DNA from: a virus
Lineage: Duplodnaviria; Caudoviricetes
DNA length: 64,000 nucleotides
Virus record (IMG/VR): IMGVR_UViG_3300027804_000069
Span: 1,353-65,352 of that record
Reading direction: 5' to 3' (one strand)
Numbering within the stretch: position 1 is the stretch's first letter; each line of letters opens with the position of its first letter. The notes under the pieces are model-generated. The model ran no database searches. It was not told the origin of the DNA and saw nothing but the letters and a program-made list of their open reading frames with translations. Below, piece by piece: positions 9,353 through 19,134 of the stretch. The position numbers and the translations under genes are program-made.

Positions 9353-10371
9353 AAGTAATTCAAGTGATTTCAGGACATATACCTATTGAAAACACAGGGC
9401 AAAGAAGGTGGGGAGCTGTGGAGCTTATTCAATCTGAATACCAAAATGGTTTGAGGAATTTAGGTGTTGAATGTGAAATTAAATGGCTAAATGAAGTGCC
9501 AACTGATGAGAGTGTTATAGCTCATATCCACGTTGCTAATCTTTGTTTAGAGGCTCAAAAGATGGGTATACCTTATATCTACTCTAACCATGACCACACT
9601 TCTGCTCACTATGGAAAAGGAAGTTGGCTATACAATAATCAGCTACAAGCCATAAAAGGTTCTGTATTTTCTATTTGTCATGCTGAATCGGTTTTAAATT
9701 TCTTTGATTCTACCGACAAGCTATTTTACTTACCACATGGAGTAGATACTAAATACTACATCCCAAATAAATACCCTGTAACTGAAAAGAAGCTACTTAT
9801 GGTAGCTGCCAATGGAATGGCAGGGGACTATTCTTTGGATAGGAAAGGTTTTAGATTAGGTATTGAAGCTGCCAAAAAACTTGACTTACCTATAACTATT
9901 GTTGGTACTGAAGCGAATGCTAAGTTCTTTGAATTGAATAGTGACCTCTTAGAATATGATAAACTGACAGTAGATGCCACTAACCCAACAGAAGACAGAA
10001 AGCTACAATACTTCCATGAGCACAGCGTTTTTCTACACCCTTCTTATCTTGAATTTGGTAGCCCTAATATTACACTTTTAGAATCTTGGGCTTGTGGTTT
10101 GCCTATCGTTGGGTCTTATGATGGCAGTAGACACATAGAAGGCTTACAAGTATTAAAAGCACTTGAAGTAGACGAAATATGCAACAAAATAGATTTTGTA
10201 TATGATAACTATGAAGATATAAGAGCTAAAATGCTTATTGACAGAAAACAGCATGATTGGTCTACAATCGTTGGCTACCTTAAAAAAATGTATGAAGCCT
10301 ATGAGCTTGTAGGTGTACAAAATACAAGTGACGAAGTAAAAAGTAAGTATCTAAACATATACAATAAGTAA
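9349..10371 (+). CDS. GT4-family glycosyltransferase
   Basis: PHGVDT, RKGF, FLHPSYLEFGSPNITLLESWACGLP. Confidence 0.85.
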   Translation: MKVIQVISGHIPIENTGQRRWGAVELIQSEYQNGLRNLGVECEIKWLNEVPTDESVIAHIHVANLCLEAQKMGIPYIYSNHDHTSAHYGKGSWLYNNQLQAIKGSVFSICHAESVLNFFDSTDKLFYLPHGVDTKYYIPNKYPVTEKKLLMVAANGMAGDYSLDRKGFRLGIEAAKKLDLPITIVGTEANAKFFELNSDLLEYDKLTVDATNPTEDRKLQYFHEHSVFLHPSYLEFGSPNITLLESWACGLPIVGSYDGSRHIEGLQVLKALEVDEICNKIDFVYDNYEDIRAKMLIDRKQHDWSTIVGYLKKMYEAYELVGVQNTSDEVKSKYLNIYNK

Positions 10372-10372
10372 A

Positions 10373-11446
10373 ATGATGGAATATAATCTGCACCATGTAA
10401 ACGGACTTTTCTTTGAAATCAAAAGTGATGAAGGCAAAAACAGAGAGTACGATGTATCTTTTGTAGAAAGAGAAACCAATAAGACCATTTATGAAACCAA
10501 AATGAAAGTTGGTACTTGGTCAAGATTAGACCGCAAGTATCTGTCTGATTTAATGGTTTTAGTAAGGTTTGAAGGCAGAACTATCAAGCAGATAAACATA
10601 TTAGACGAAATAAGAGGAAAAAGGGTTTTCATATCTTTTGAAAGCAAGAGCTTAGGTGATACTTTGGCTTGGATGCCTTATTGTGAAGAGTTTAGAAAAG
10701 ACTATGGCTGTGAGGTTATTGTTTCTACTTTTATGAATCACTTGTTTGAAAAGGCTTACCCCGAATTAGAGTTCGTTGGTAGAGGGGTTGTGGTGCAAAA
10801 CATAGTAGGTATGTTTGAACTAGGTTGGTTTTATAACAAAGCCAAAGAGCCTCAGCATCCTGTTACTATCCCACTGCAAAAGGCAGCAACTAATATCTTG
10901 AATTTAGATTTTAGAGAGGTTATTCCTGCTTTAGACTTTACTCCAAGTAATAGACCCATTGAGCAGAAATATGTTTGTATTTCAATACATAGCACAGCTA
11001 AACTAAAATATTGGGACTATTGGCAAGAGCTTGTAGATTGGTTGGTATCTGAGGGATATCAGGTTTGTGAGGTATCAAAAGAAAAGACAGAACTAAATAA
11101 TCTTACTGAAGTTTTAGATAAAAGTATTCCTTCTGTTATGAACTATCTGCACCATGCAGAGTTTTATATTGGGCTCAGTTCAGGAATTTCATGGCTTTCT
11201 TTTGCTATGCGTAAAAGGGTATTTATGATTGCTAATTTTAGCACCAAAGACCATGAGTTCCAAACTGATTGTATTAGAATAACTGATGAATCAGTATGTC
11301 ATGGCTGTTGGAACAATCCTATGTTTCTTTTTGACAAAGGTCGTTGGGAATATTGCCCCGAACATGAAGAGACTCCACAGGCTTTTGAGTGCCATAAGTC
11401 TATTAGTGCTGAAAGGGTAATTGAGGAAATAAAAAAAGCGGGTTAA
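10373..11446 (+). CDS. autotransporter O-heptosyltransferase-like protein glycosyltransferase (Aah/TibC family)
   Basis: SKSLGDTLAW, IGLSSGISWL, and four iron-type Cys (CHGCWN...YCP...FEC). Confidence 0.8.
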   Translation: MMEYNLHHVNGLFFEIKSDEGKNREYDVSFVERETNKTIYETKMKVGTWSRLDRKYLSDLMVLVRFEGRTIKQINILDEIRGKRVFISFESKSLGDTLAWMPYCEEFRKDYGCEVIVSTFMNHLFEKAYPELEFVGRGVVVQNIVGMFELGWFYNKAKEPQHPVTIPLQKAATNILNLDFREVIPALDFTPSNRPIEQKYVCISIHSTAKLKYWDYWQELVDWLVSEGYQVCEVSKEKTELNNLTEVLDKSIPSVMNYLHHAEFYIGLSSGISWLSFAMRKRVFMIANFSTKDHEFQTDCIRITDESVCHGCWNNPMFLFDKGRWEYCPEHEETPQAFECHKSISAERVIEEIKKAG

Positions 11447-11454
11447 TTACCCGC
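11431..11454 (-). terminator. terminator hairpin built from the overlapping ends of two convergent genes
   Basis: GCGGGT-TAATT-ACCCGC with A7 on the + side, i.e. a T7 tail on the minus strand. Confidence 0.7.
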
Positions 11455-12336
11455 CTTCTCTTGTTTTCTTATAGATTCAATTATTTCGTCTGCATTGAAT
11501 ATTTCATCTTCGTTATTGTAAGGAAACTCCTCTAATAAACCAATAATATTGAATTTACTAAATACTGAAGATTTCAAATCAGGCTTCACTGTAAAAGGAG
11601 CTGCTAGTATATTGTCATGAATATCATATCCAAATACTTTTGGGGTATTTGCTACCCATAAAACCGTTGAAGGCTTTTTGATTGCAGCAGCGGTGTGTTG
11701 TAAGAAGCTATCCATGAAAAATCTTTTCTCACTCATTTCACAAAGAACTGCCATGCCTTTGAAGTTATCAGTAACAGAAAAAGTACCTTCAAAAGAAGGT
11801 TGGTCTTCTCTTCTTGCATGAATAATGTTGTATTCACCCGAAAAGGCTTTGATTACTTTTTCTACTACATTTCTAGGAATATCTCTAGCCCATGAATATT
11901 TTAGTTCTTGCCCTGCAGCACCACCATTTGTTTGAATTAACATGATAGGTCTGTCTGACTGAAATTTTTGCTTATAGAACATTCTTTCCCTTTCGTTGAT
12001 TACAACTTCAGGCTGTTCGTTATCGTATGGCACATCAAACATTTTGCACCATGTTTCAATAAGGTGCTCTTTACATAAAATGTGCTCAGTAACATTGTAT
12101 GGCTCATTTGCCATAATGATTACGTCTTGGTTCTCTATGTATTTAGAATAGAAATAGGCTTCTTGACCAAAGCCAAAAGCCATATCTACATCTTTACTAT
12201 TTGAGAAAACTTCAGGGTAACCTGTAAGTACGATTAGCTTATCGTTAGGGTATTTTTTCTTTATGGCTTTACAAACAGCAGTGGCAGTAATTGACTTACC
12301 GATACCGCCTGAAATGGAAAAAATTAAGTTTTTCAT
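11443..12336 (-). CDS. GT9-like glycosyltransferase
   Basis: SGGIGKSITATAV...KKKYP, FMDSFLQHTAAA. Confidence 0.7.
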   Translation of the reverse strand: MKNLIFSISGGIGKSITATAVCKAIKKKYPNDKLIVLTGYPEVFSNSKDVDMAFGFGQEAYFYSKYIENQDVIIMANEPYNVTEHILCKEHLIETWCKMFDVPYDNEQPEVVINERERMFYKQKFQSDRPIMLIQTNGGAAGQELKYSWARDIPRNVVEKVIKAFSGEYNIIHARREDQPSFEGTFSVTDNFKGMAVLCEMSEKRFFMDSFLQHTAAAIKKPSTVLWVANTPKVFGYDIHDNILAAPFTVKPDLKSSVFSKFNIIGLLEEFPYNNEDEIFNADEIIESIRKQEKAGN

Positions 12337-12338
12337 GA

Positions 12339-12557
12339 TTATTTTTTGATTTCTACTAAACTAGCATCTAATGCTGCAATCTTTGCTACTAATTCTGCTG
12401 CTTTCTCTTCATCAGATTTAGCTGCCTCTGCTGCTTTCCTAGCTTCTTCTTTAGCTTGGACATCTGCTAGATAAGCCTGTATTTTAGCTTCTCTAGCTTG
12501 TTGAACTTCTTGTTCTTTAGCTTGTAATTGAGCTTGTAATTCTTGTAAGTTTGCCAT
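12339..12557 (-). CDS. small coiled-coil protein
   Basis: Ala/Glu/Gln/Lys heptad composition; follows the fibre gene. Confidence 0.65.
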   Translation of the reverse strand: MANLQELQAQLQAKEQEVQQAREAKIQAYLADVQAKEEARKAAEAAKSDEEKAAELVAKIAALDASLVEIKK

Positions 12558-12585
12558 TTTTTTTGTTTTTTAAGTTTTAAAATTA

Positions 12586-15500
12586 TTATTCTACATCATT
12601 AACTTCTGTGCCATTCCAAGCATCTAAAGCTAATTTATCTTTTCTAGTTCCAATTAAGAGAACATTGTATTCTCCATCAGAGTTTGTTGTAATATCAATT
12701 TCTGTTTGTGCTTCATTTACAACACCAAATCCATATCCTAAATGGCTTTTAGCATTTACAAACACTTGGTCGTTACTATTCAATAAGCTATAGTAATCAG
12801 GTAATTGAATAGAAGCACTACAGTTTATAGCTGTAACATTAAATCTATAAATGTTATCTCCTGCTGTTGGTGATTCTACGAATGAGTGCTTTAAGAACTT
12901 ACCTTGCTCTGATTTAATAGGGTCAGGGTGAGGAATCTTGAATGAACCTGATGCTTTACTTAATGTACCACAAACACAAACATTATTAAAATACATTGTA
13001 CAAGCAGCACTTGCATTTAAATTACAACCAAATGCACCGCTATAACTTGCACTAGCAACGTTGCCATAACCACCACCTATAAATGAGTTTTGACCACAAG
13101 CTGTGTTGTTATAACCACCGCCTATAAATGAACCAAATCCATTACATCTAATTGTATTAGCACTACCACCAACAATAGCTGACGAAGAACTGTTTTCACA
13201 AATTGTATTATTAACACCACCACTAATTGTTGAATTAGGAGCAGTTGCACAAATTGTATTACCAATACCACCACTAATTACACTACTGTCATCTGAACTA
13301 ACTGTATTACTATATCCACCACCTATAAATGAGTTTTGACCACAAGCCGTGTTGTTATAACCACCGCCTATAAATGAACCAAATCCATTACATCTAATTG
13401 TATTACTACTACCACCAACAATAGATGAATTATTAACATCACATATTCTATTGCAAAAACCACCCCCTATAAAAGATTCGCAAGCATTTCCTGCTGTACC
13501 AAGAATGTTGTTATTTACACCACCAACAATACTTGAAAGAACACCACCACTAATTGTGTTGTTATACCCTGCACCAATAAATCCTTGTGAGCCATTAACT
13601 GTATTACAATATCCACCACTAATTGTTGAATTAGGAGCAGACGCACAAATTGTATTAAAAAGACCACCACTAATTAAGCTACCATAATCTGAACTAACTG
13701 TGTTACATTGTCCACCACCTATTAATGAAAAATTACCAATTGCATTATTACATTCACCACCACTAATAGATGATGTACATCCACTAGCTGCATTTGAATA
13801 ACCACCACCTACAAATGTATTATAACATGTAGTTGTATTTCCTACACCCCCTACAATAGCTGAATATACTCCACTTGCAGTATTATTATTACCTCCTCCT
13901 ACAAAAGAACCACCAGTATTAGCATTACCTCCACTTGCTGTATTAAAGAGACCTCCTCCTACAAAAGAAGCATATCCACTTGCTGTATTACCTTGACCAC
14001 CACCTGATATAGCAAAGGCTCCAGTTGCTACATTTAGATAACCACCTGAAACAGTTGAATAATTACATGCTGCTATATTATTACACCCTCCACCAACAAA
14101 TGAATGACATCCACAAGCTGTGTTACATTGACCACTTAAAGCAGCAGAATAATCCCCACAAGCAGTGTTTGAGACACCGCATCTTACTGATGAACAAGTC
14201 CCTGCACCTAAAACTATTACAGCACCAACTCCTGAAGAGCCTGAACTACCTGACGAACCATTTGTTCCTGAGCTGCCTGACGTACCACTTGAACCACTAC
14301 TTCCTGAACTTGCACTTGTGCCTGAGCTACCGCTACTGCCTGAGCTGCCTGACGTACCACTTGAACCTGACGTGCCTGAACTTGCACTCGTACCACTTGA
14401 ACCGCTAGTGCCTGAATTTCCACTAGTGCCTGAACTGCCTGAACTGCCACTGCTCCCTGAAGAGCCTGACGTTGCACTCGTACCACTAGAACCGCTGCTC
14501 CCTGAACTTCCTGAGCTGCCACTAGTTCCTGACGAACCATTTTCTCCTGAAGTTCCGCTACTGCCTGAACTACCTGAACTACCTGAACTAGCTGATGTGC
14601 CTGAACTACCTGACGTTGCAGAAGTACCTGACGAACCATTTACACCCGAAGTTCCTGAGCTGCCTGACGTTGCAGAAGTACCTGACGAACCATCAGTTCC
14701 TGCTGTGCCACTCGTCCCTGAGCTACCATCAGTTCCTGAGCTCCCTGAAGAGCCATCAGTTCCTGAGCTCCCTGACGTTGCAGAAGTACCACTACTGCCT
14801 GAAGTTGCACTCGTACCTGACGAACCATTCGTGCCTGAGCTGCCATCCGTACCACTAGTGCCTGAACTACCTGATGTGGCTGATGTACCACTTGAAGCAC
14901 TTGTACCTGAACTAGCAGAAGTGCCTGAGCTACCATCCGTACCACTTGTGCCATTCGCCCCTGAAGTACCTGACGTACCACTTGGAGGGTTAAAAGTAGT
15001 TTGTGCGTATGAGTAGTTACTTGTACCTTCTGTATAAAAAGTTAATATCTTACCTGAACCACCGTCATGTTCTGCATAGATTTGGCAATAAACCCTATCT
15101 GTTGCATTTAATGCTGTTTGACCTAAGAATAAATCAGTAAAAAATTCTTTAATGACACCTGTAGCCATAGCTTCAGTGTCTAGGTTTGTAGTACCTAATA
15201 AAGTACTTACACCACCTGTTGTATAGCTATATAATTCAATGTCTACTGCGACATTTGCATTTGTATTTATTGCAAAGTGTGTTACCCAAGCCCAATTCCC
15301 TGCAGGAATACTTGTAAAATTAGGCACACCACTATCTGTTGCATAAGTTGCAATTAGAGTTCTTACATTTTGATTTAAAGTAGTGACAACTGTGGTTTCG
15401 CCTGTTGTTGTACCAATAGGAGACCACTGCTTATATGTAGGAGAACCAAATGCACTATTTGTATTTAAAGACTCATTTAAGTAGTATACAAGACCACCCG

Positions 15501-17166
15501 CAACACCACTTACACCACTCGTTCCTGTTGTCCCTGAAGACCCTGAACTTGCTGATGTACCACTTGATGCTGAAGTGCCTGAGCTGCCTGACGTACCACT
15601 ACTTGCACTCGTGCCACTTGTGCCTGAGCTGCCATCTGTTCCACTAGTGCCTGAGCTCCCTGACGTTGCTGAAGTACCACTTGAAGCACTCGTTCCACTA
15701 CTGCCTGAGCTCCCTGACGTGCCTGACGTGCCTGTAGTTCCTGACGAACCTGAACTTGCACTCGTACCACTACTGCCTGAACTTCCTGATGTGCCACTTG
15801 ATGCACTCGTACCTGAGCTGCCATCCGTACCTGAGCTACCATCAGTGCCTGAGCTACCATCAGTGCCTGACGAACCTGAACTTGCACTTGTACCTGAGCT
15901 GCCACTAGTACCTGCAGAAGCAGACGTACCTGACGTGCCACTACTTGCACTCGTGCCCGAACTTCCATCAGTGCCTGAGCTACCATCAGTGCCTGAGCTG
16001 CCATCCGTACCCGAAGTGCCTGTCGTACCTGACGAACCTGAACTTGCACTCGTGCCACTTGAACCTGAGCTACCTGACGTTGCAGACGTGCCACTTGTCC
16101 CTGCCGTACCACTACTGCCTGAACTTGCACTCGTACCACTTGAACCTGACGAGCCACTTGTCCCTGAGCTACCTGAACTGCCTGAGCTACCTGAAGTAGC
16201 AGACGTACCACTAGTGCCTGAACTACCACTTGAAGCACTCGTACCTGAGCTTCCACTCGTGCCACTAGTCCCTGCCGTACCTGACGAACCACTAAGGCTC
16301 TTTTGGTTCATGATAGCTGTAGTGTTGTTTATCTTAATATAAACAGGGTACGCATCACCGACTGCAGGGGGAGTAGTAGATAAATTATTTACACCCGATG
16401 GGTCAAAGTAAAGCACGTCACCCACGTCACCAACTAAGGTAGGTAAGCCACTTACAATACGACCAACGGGTCTTACACGAAGATTTCCATTTTCAGGGGT
16501 ATCTGCAGAAGTAACCATACCCGCAATCTGAACGATATTGGGTTCTAAAGTAGAAGTTACTTTGACAAACTTGCCTGAACTATTTAGTTTAACAAAATCA
16601 CCCACAGCAATACCTGAATAAGTGGTATCGTTGGGGTCTATGCAGAAAAAGTCAGTTATGTAGTTTCTGAATCTGAACCTATCATGTAGGTCATTGAGCC
16701 AATTTGATAAATCACCGATTTGGCTTCTAATTTGTTCTGTAGACGTAACAATAGGAAGTCCGTCATCACCTAATCTGAATATAACACCTATAAAGCCTTC
16801 AGGAGGGAAATTGTTTCCCATGCCTGTATTATCTACAACAAGGTTGTAAAGGTCTACGTCTTGTAAAACTACCGTACAGCTCGTATTGAACTCACCGCCA
16901 ATATTAGAAATAGACAAGATTTTGTAGCAGTTACCATTTGGTAAACCAAGCCACATACCAACTTCAATATTTGTAGAAGTATAGTAAAGAGGTGGAGTAG
17001 TATCATAACTACTTGTCTCTTGGATTTCAATAGTTAAATCACATTCAAAAGTGAATGGTGAACCATTCCAAGGACTAAGTGCGTTTACATAAGTCGATAC
17101 TACACTTGTAGAACCGAAGTTTATACTCGCAGGTATTGTAATAGGTGGTTTTATCAAACTCGCCAT
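12586..17166 (-). CDS. large fibre/spike protein with Gly-X-Ser collagen-like blocks, Cys-rich GGG-x-x-N beta-roll repeats and a conserved C-terminal domain
   Basis: 1526 aa; two long (G/A)-[ST]-S tracts; SxIGGGxxN repeats; C-terminal KSGSFKIPHP...LKHSFVESP pattern of phage fibre ends. Confidence 0.85.
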   Translation of the reverse strand: MASLIKPPITIPASINFGSTSVVSTYVNALSPWNGSPFTFECDLTIEIQETSSYDTTPPLYYTSTNIEVGMWLGLPNGNCYKILSISNIGGEFNTSCTVVLQDVDLYNLVVDNTGMGNNFPPEGFIGVIFRLGDDGLPIVTSTEQIRSQIGDLSNWLNDLHDRFRFRNYITDFFCIDPNDTTYSGIAVGDFVKLNSSGKFVKVTSTLEPNIVQIAGMVTSADTPENGNLRVRPVGRIVSGLPTLVGDVGDVLYFDPSGVNNLSTTPPAVGDAYPVYIKINNTTAIMNQKSLSGSSGTAGTSGTSGSSGTSASSGSSGTSGTSATSGSSGSSGSSGTSGSSGSSGTSASSGSSGTAGTSGTSATSGSSGSSGTSASSGSSGTTGTSGTDGSSGTDGSSGTDGSSGTSASSGTSGTSASAGTSGSSGTSASSGSSGTDGSSGTDGSSGTDGSSGTSASSGTSGSSGSSGTSASSGSSGTTGTSGTSGSSGSSGTSASSGTSATSGSSGTSGTDGSSGTSGTSASSGTSGSSGTSASSGTSASSGSSGTTGTSGVSGVAGGLVYYLNESLNTNSAFGSPTYKQWSPIGTTTGETTVVTTLNQNVRTLIATYATDSGVPNFTSIPAGNWAWVTHFAINTNANVAVDIELYSYTTGGVSTLLGTTNLDTEAMATGVIKEFFTDLFLGQTALNATDRVYCQIYAEHDGGSGKILTFYTEGTSNYSYAQTTFNPPSGTSGTSGANGTSGTDGSSGTSASSGTSASSGTSATSGSSGTSGTDGSSGTNGSSGTSATSGSSGTSATSGSSGTDGSSGSSGTDGSSGTSGTAGTDGSSGTSATSGSSGTSGVNGSSGTSATSGSSGTSASSGSSGSSGSSGTSGENGSSGTSGSSGSSGSSGSSGTSATSGSSGSSGSSGSSGTSGNSGTSGSSGTSASSGTSGSSGTSGSSGSSGSSGTSASSGSSGSSGTSGSSGTNGSSGSSGSSGVGAVIVLGAGTCSSVRCGVSNTACGDYSAALSGQCNTACGCHSFVGGGCNNIAACNYSTVSGGYLNVATGAFAISGGGQGNTASGYASFVGGGLFNTASGGNANTGGSFVGGGNNNTASGVYSAIVGGVGNTTTCYNTFVGGGYSNAASGCTSSISGGECNNAIGNFSLIGGGQCNTVSSDYGSLISGGLFNTICASAPNSTISGGYCNTVNGSQGFIGAGYNNTISGGVLSSIVGGVNNNILGTAGNACESFIGGGFCNRICDVNNSSIVGGSSNTIRCNGFGSFIGGGYNNTACGQNSFIGGGYSNTVSSDDSSVISGGIGNTICATAPNSTISGGVNNTICENSSSSAIVGGSANTIRCNGFGSFIGGGYNNTACGQNSFIGGGYGNVASASYSGAFGCNLNASAACTMYFNNVCVCGTLSKASGSFKIPHPDPIKSEQGKFLKHSFVESPTAGDNIYRFNVTAINCSASIQLPDYYSLLNSNDQVFVNAKSHLGYGFGVVNEAQTEIDITTNSDGEYNVLLIGTRKDKLALDAWNGTEVNDVE
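14228..14985 (-). repeat. 9-nt-period repeat encoding collagen-like (GTS/GSS/ASS)n, block 2
   Basis: Same units as block 1; boundaries approximate. Confidence 0.9.
15498..16292 (-). repeat. 9-nt-period repeat encoding collagen-like (GTS/GSS/ASS)n, block 1
   Basis: Recurring cctgagct/cctgacg/gtacc units; boundaries approximate. Confidence 0.9.
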
Positions 17167-17174
17167 ACATCAGA

Positions 17175-17921
17175 TTAAACTTTTGCAAAGAAATAAATTG
17201 TAAGAGTTGCAGCACCAACGGTTGCATATCCTGCAAGAGTTCCTGATAAACTATAAAAAGTTATTGTAGTATATCCGCTATCTTGAAACATGGAATAGTT
17301 ACCTGTGGTGTTACCCGTAAAAGTTCTTGTAAGCACATTAGAACCATTTACACCATTTGTCCATGCACTTGTTATTACATTTCCTAAAGGATGACCTATG
17401 GTAAACTGACTACCTGAATCAATCGTAAATGACCAACCCGCTGCACCAATTAAACTTGCACCCACAGGGTCTGTTGCACTAGCTACAGCACTTAAAGCAC
17501 CATTCACCGTATTGATTACAACAGTATAAGTTTTAAGCGTACCCGCTGCACTAACACCACTTGTACCTGTAAGACCTGAACTGCCCGAAGTTCCTGAAGA
17601 GCCCAAAGCACTTGTGCCTGATGACCCTGCTGTTCCTGCTGTTCCACTTACCCCTGAGCTTCCTGATGCACCTGAGCTACCACTTGAGCCACTACTTCCG
17701 CTTGAAGCAGACGTACCGCTAGTCCCTGTAAGACCTGCAGTGCCTGAGCTACCTGAACTCGCAGAAGTGCCTGAGCTGCCACTAGTACCCGAAGTACCCA
17801 TACCCGAAGTACCACTTGTACCAAAGGTTTGACCACTAGTACCTGAAGAGCCCGAAGCTCCACCTCCACCGCTACCGCCTGAAGTAAACCCAAAATAGTC
17901 TGTACCCAAAAAGTTGCTCAT
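17175..17921 (-). CDS. second short Gly-X-Ser collagen-like fibre protein
   Basis: SGTSGSSGTS tract followed by a beta-rich C-terminal domain. Confidence 0.8.
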   Translation of the reverse strand: MSNFLGTDYFGFTSGGSGGGGASGSSGTSGQTFGTSGTSGMGTSGTSGSSGTSASSGSSGTAGLTGTSGTSASSGSSGSSGSSGASGSSGVSGTAGTAGSSGTSALGSSGTSGSSGLTGTSGVSAAGTLKTYTVVINTVNGALSAVASATDPVGASLIGAAGWSFTIDSGSQFTIGHPLGNVITSAWTNGVNGSNVLTRTFTGNTTGNYSMFQDSGYTTITFYSLSGTLAGYATVGAATLTIYFFAKV

Positions 17922-17931
17922 TATGATTTAT

Positions 17932-18330
17932 TTATACTTTTATCAATTCAGTTAGATATACCTCTTTAACAAATTTACCTGCATTAAATAGAAAGAATCT
18001 GCATTTTTCGTCATCTTCTTTATCCAAATAAACGCAAACATCAACTTGTTCGCTACCTAACTCCTCTTTAAATCCGTTTAAGAACCCAATGATATGTGGA
18101 GGTACAAACATTGTATACCCCTTCAAATCAAATTTTACGTTCAAAATATCTTTTAAACTAACCTCTTTTACAGGTTGGTTATTGTAACACACTTTATATC
18201 CTTCCTCTTCCTCCCCTTTCAAATAAAGCATTAAAGAAACTTCATGCTCTTCTTTTTTCGCTTCTGCAGCATATCTTTTTATGCCTTTACAGAAAATTTT
18301 TGTTGCCTCGCTGATAATGAAATCTTGCAT
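17932..18330 (-). CDS. hypothetical acidic protein
   Basis: ORF in operon context only. Confidence 0.6.
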   Translation of the reverse strand: MQDFIISEATKIFCKGIKRYAAEAKKEEHEVSLMLYLKGEEEEGYKVCYNNQPVKEVSLKDILNVKFDLKGYTMFVPPHIIGFLNGFKEELGSEQVDVCVYLDKEDDEKCRFFLFNAGKFVKEVYLTELIKV

Positions 18331-18362
18331 TTTTTATGGTTTTTTTTTGTGTAAGAAAATCT

Positions 18363-18641
18363 TTATGACTTAGATATAACTATTTCTGCTATGTCCCCTG
18401 CTGTCCCTGCGTCAATCGTCACTCCGTCAATCGGGTTTGATACAACCGATGCTGTTATGGTAACACCTTGTCCTTCATTTAAGGTTACAGGGTCCGAAGC
18501 AATACTTTGAAACGTACCACTACCTGCTACGGTTATTGTACCCAAACGGCATATCACACTAAGCCTCACAGCATTGTCTGATGCAGCTACTGATAAACTA
18601 TCATTGGTAAGGGTATATGTCCAAATGTTTGTTGCTCCCAT
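18363..18641 (-). CDS. small all-beta protein, candidate penton/vertex subunit
   Basis: 92 aa of alternating V/I/T strands with no TM, upstream of the fibres. Role is inference. Confidence 0.55.
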   Translation of the reverse strand: MGATNIWTYTLTNDSLSVAASDNAVRLSVICRLGTITVAGSGTFQSIASDPVTLNEGQGVTITASVVSNPIDGVTIDAGTAGDIAEIVISKS

Positions 18642-18645
18642 TTTA

Positions 18646-19134
18646 TTATTTTATTAAGCTCTTAAAATTATTTTTATACTCAAAAGGTATAGTTGTTTTG
18701 ATAAATCCACTTTCCACCTTTACAAAGCCTTTTGCCTCAAATGTCATGTCCTTAGCTGCTACGGTAAGTGACACTAAATTCACTAAATTACCTAAAACAA
18801 GTCTAGGGTCAAAGCTGAATCTATATGTAGCATCCGTTGTTTTTGCAGGTAAAACTACAATATCTTTTACATCATTCACGTTACCCACTTTAACACCATT
18901 GATTGAGAAATCAAGGTACATTTCCTTAATTGTAGCCTCCACGTTTGACGCATTATAAATGCGGTTTGTAATATCCAAAGAGATATTGTCTAAACCTACC
19001 TTCACCACCTTTAAGCCTACTACTTGATAAGTAATATCTTTAAGGAAGTTGATTTGCTGCTTATAATAGCGAACAAGGGCATAACCGATTACGGCTAACC
19101 CTGTAAATACTAAAAGTGGCTTTAACGATTTCAT
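18646..19134 (-). CDS. LEA_2-like beta-sandwich with N-terminal TM
   Basis: ITNRIYNASNVEATIKEMYLDFSINGVKVG pattern; N-terminal anchor. Confidence 0.6.
   Translation of the reverse strand: MKSLKPLLVFTGLAVIGYALVRYYKQQINFLKDITYQVVGLKVVKVGLDNISLDITNRIYNASNVEATIKEMYLDFSINGVKVGNVNDVKDIVVLPAKTTDATYRFSFDPRLVLGNLVNLVSLTVAAKDMTFEAKGFVKVESGFIKTTIPFEYKNNFKSLIK

Noticed and set aside
14025-17893. Long alternative-frame ORFs (PELP/VPEL-rich on +, VQVV/RQV-rich on -)
   Set aside because: These are shadows of the 9-nt Gly-X-Ser repeat, which lacks stops in several frames. They have no independent start context or domain.
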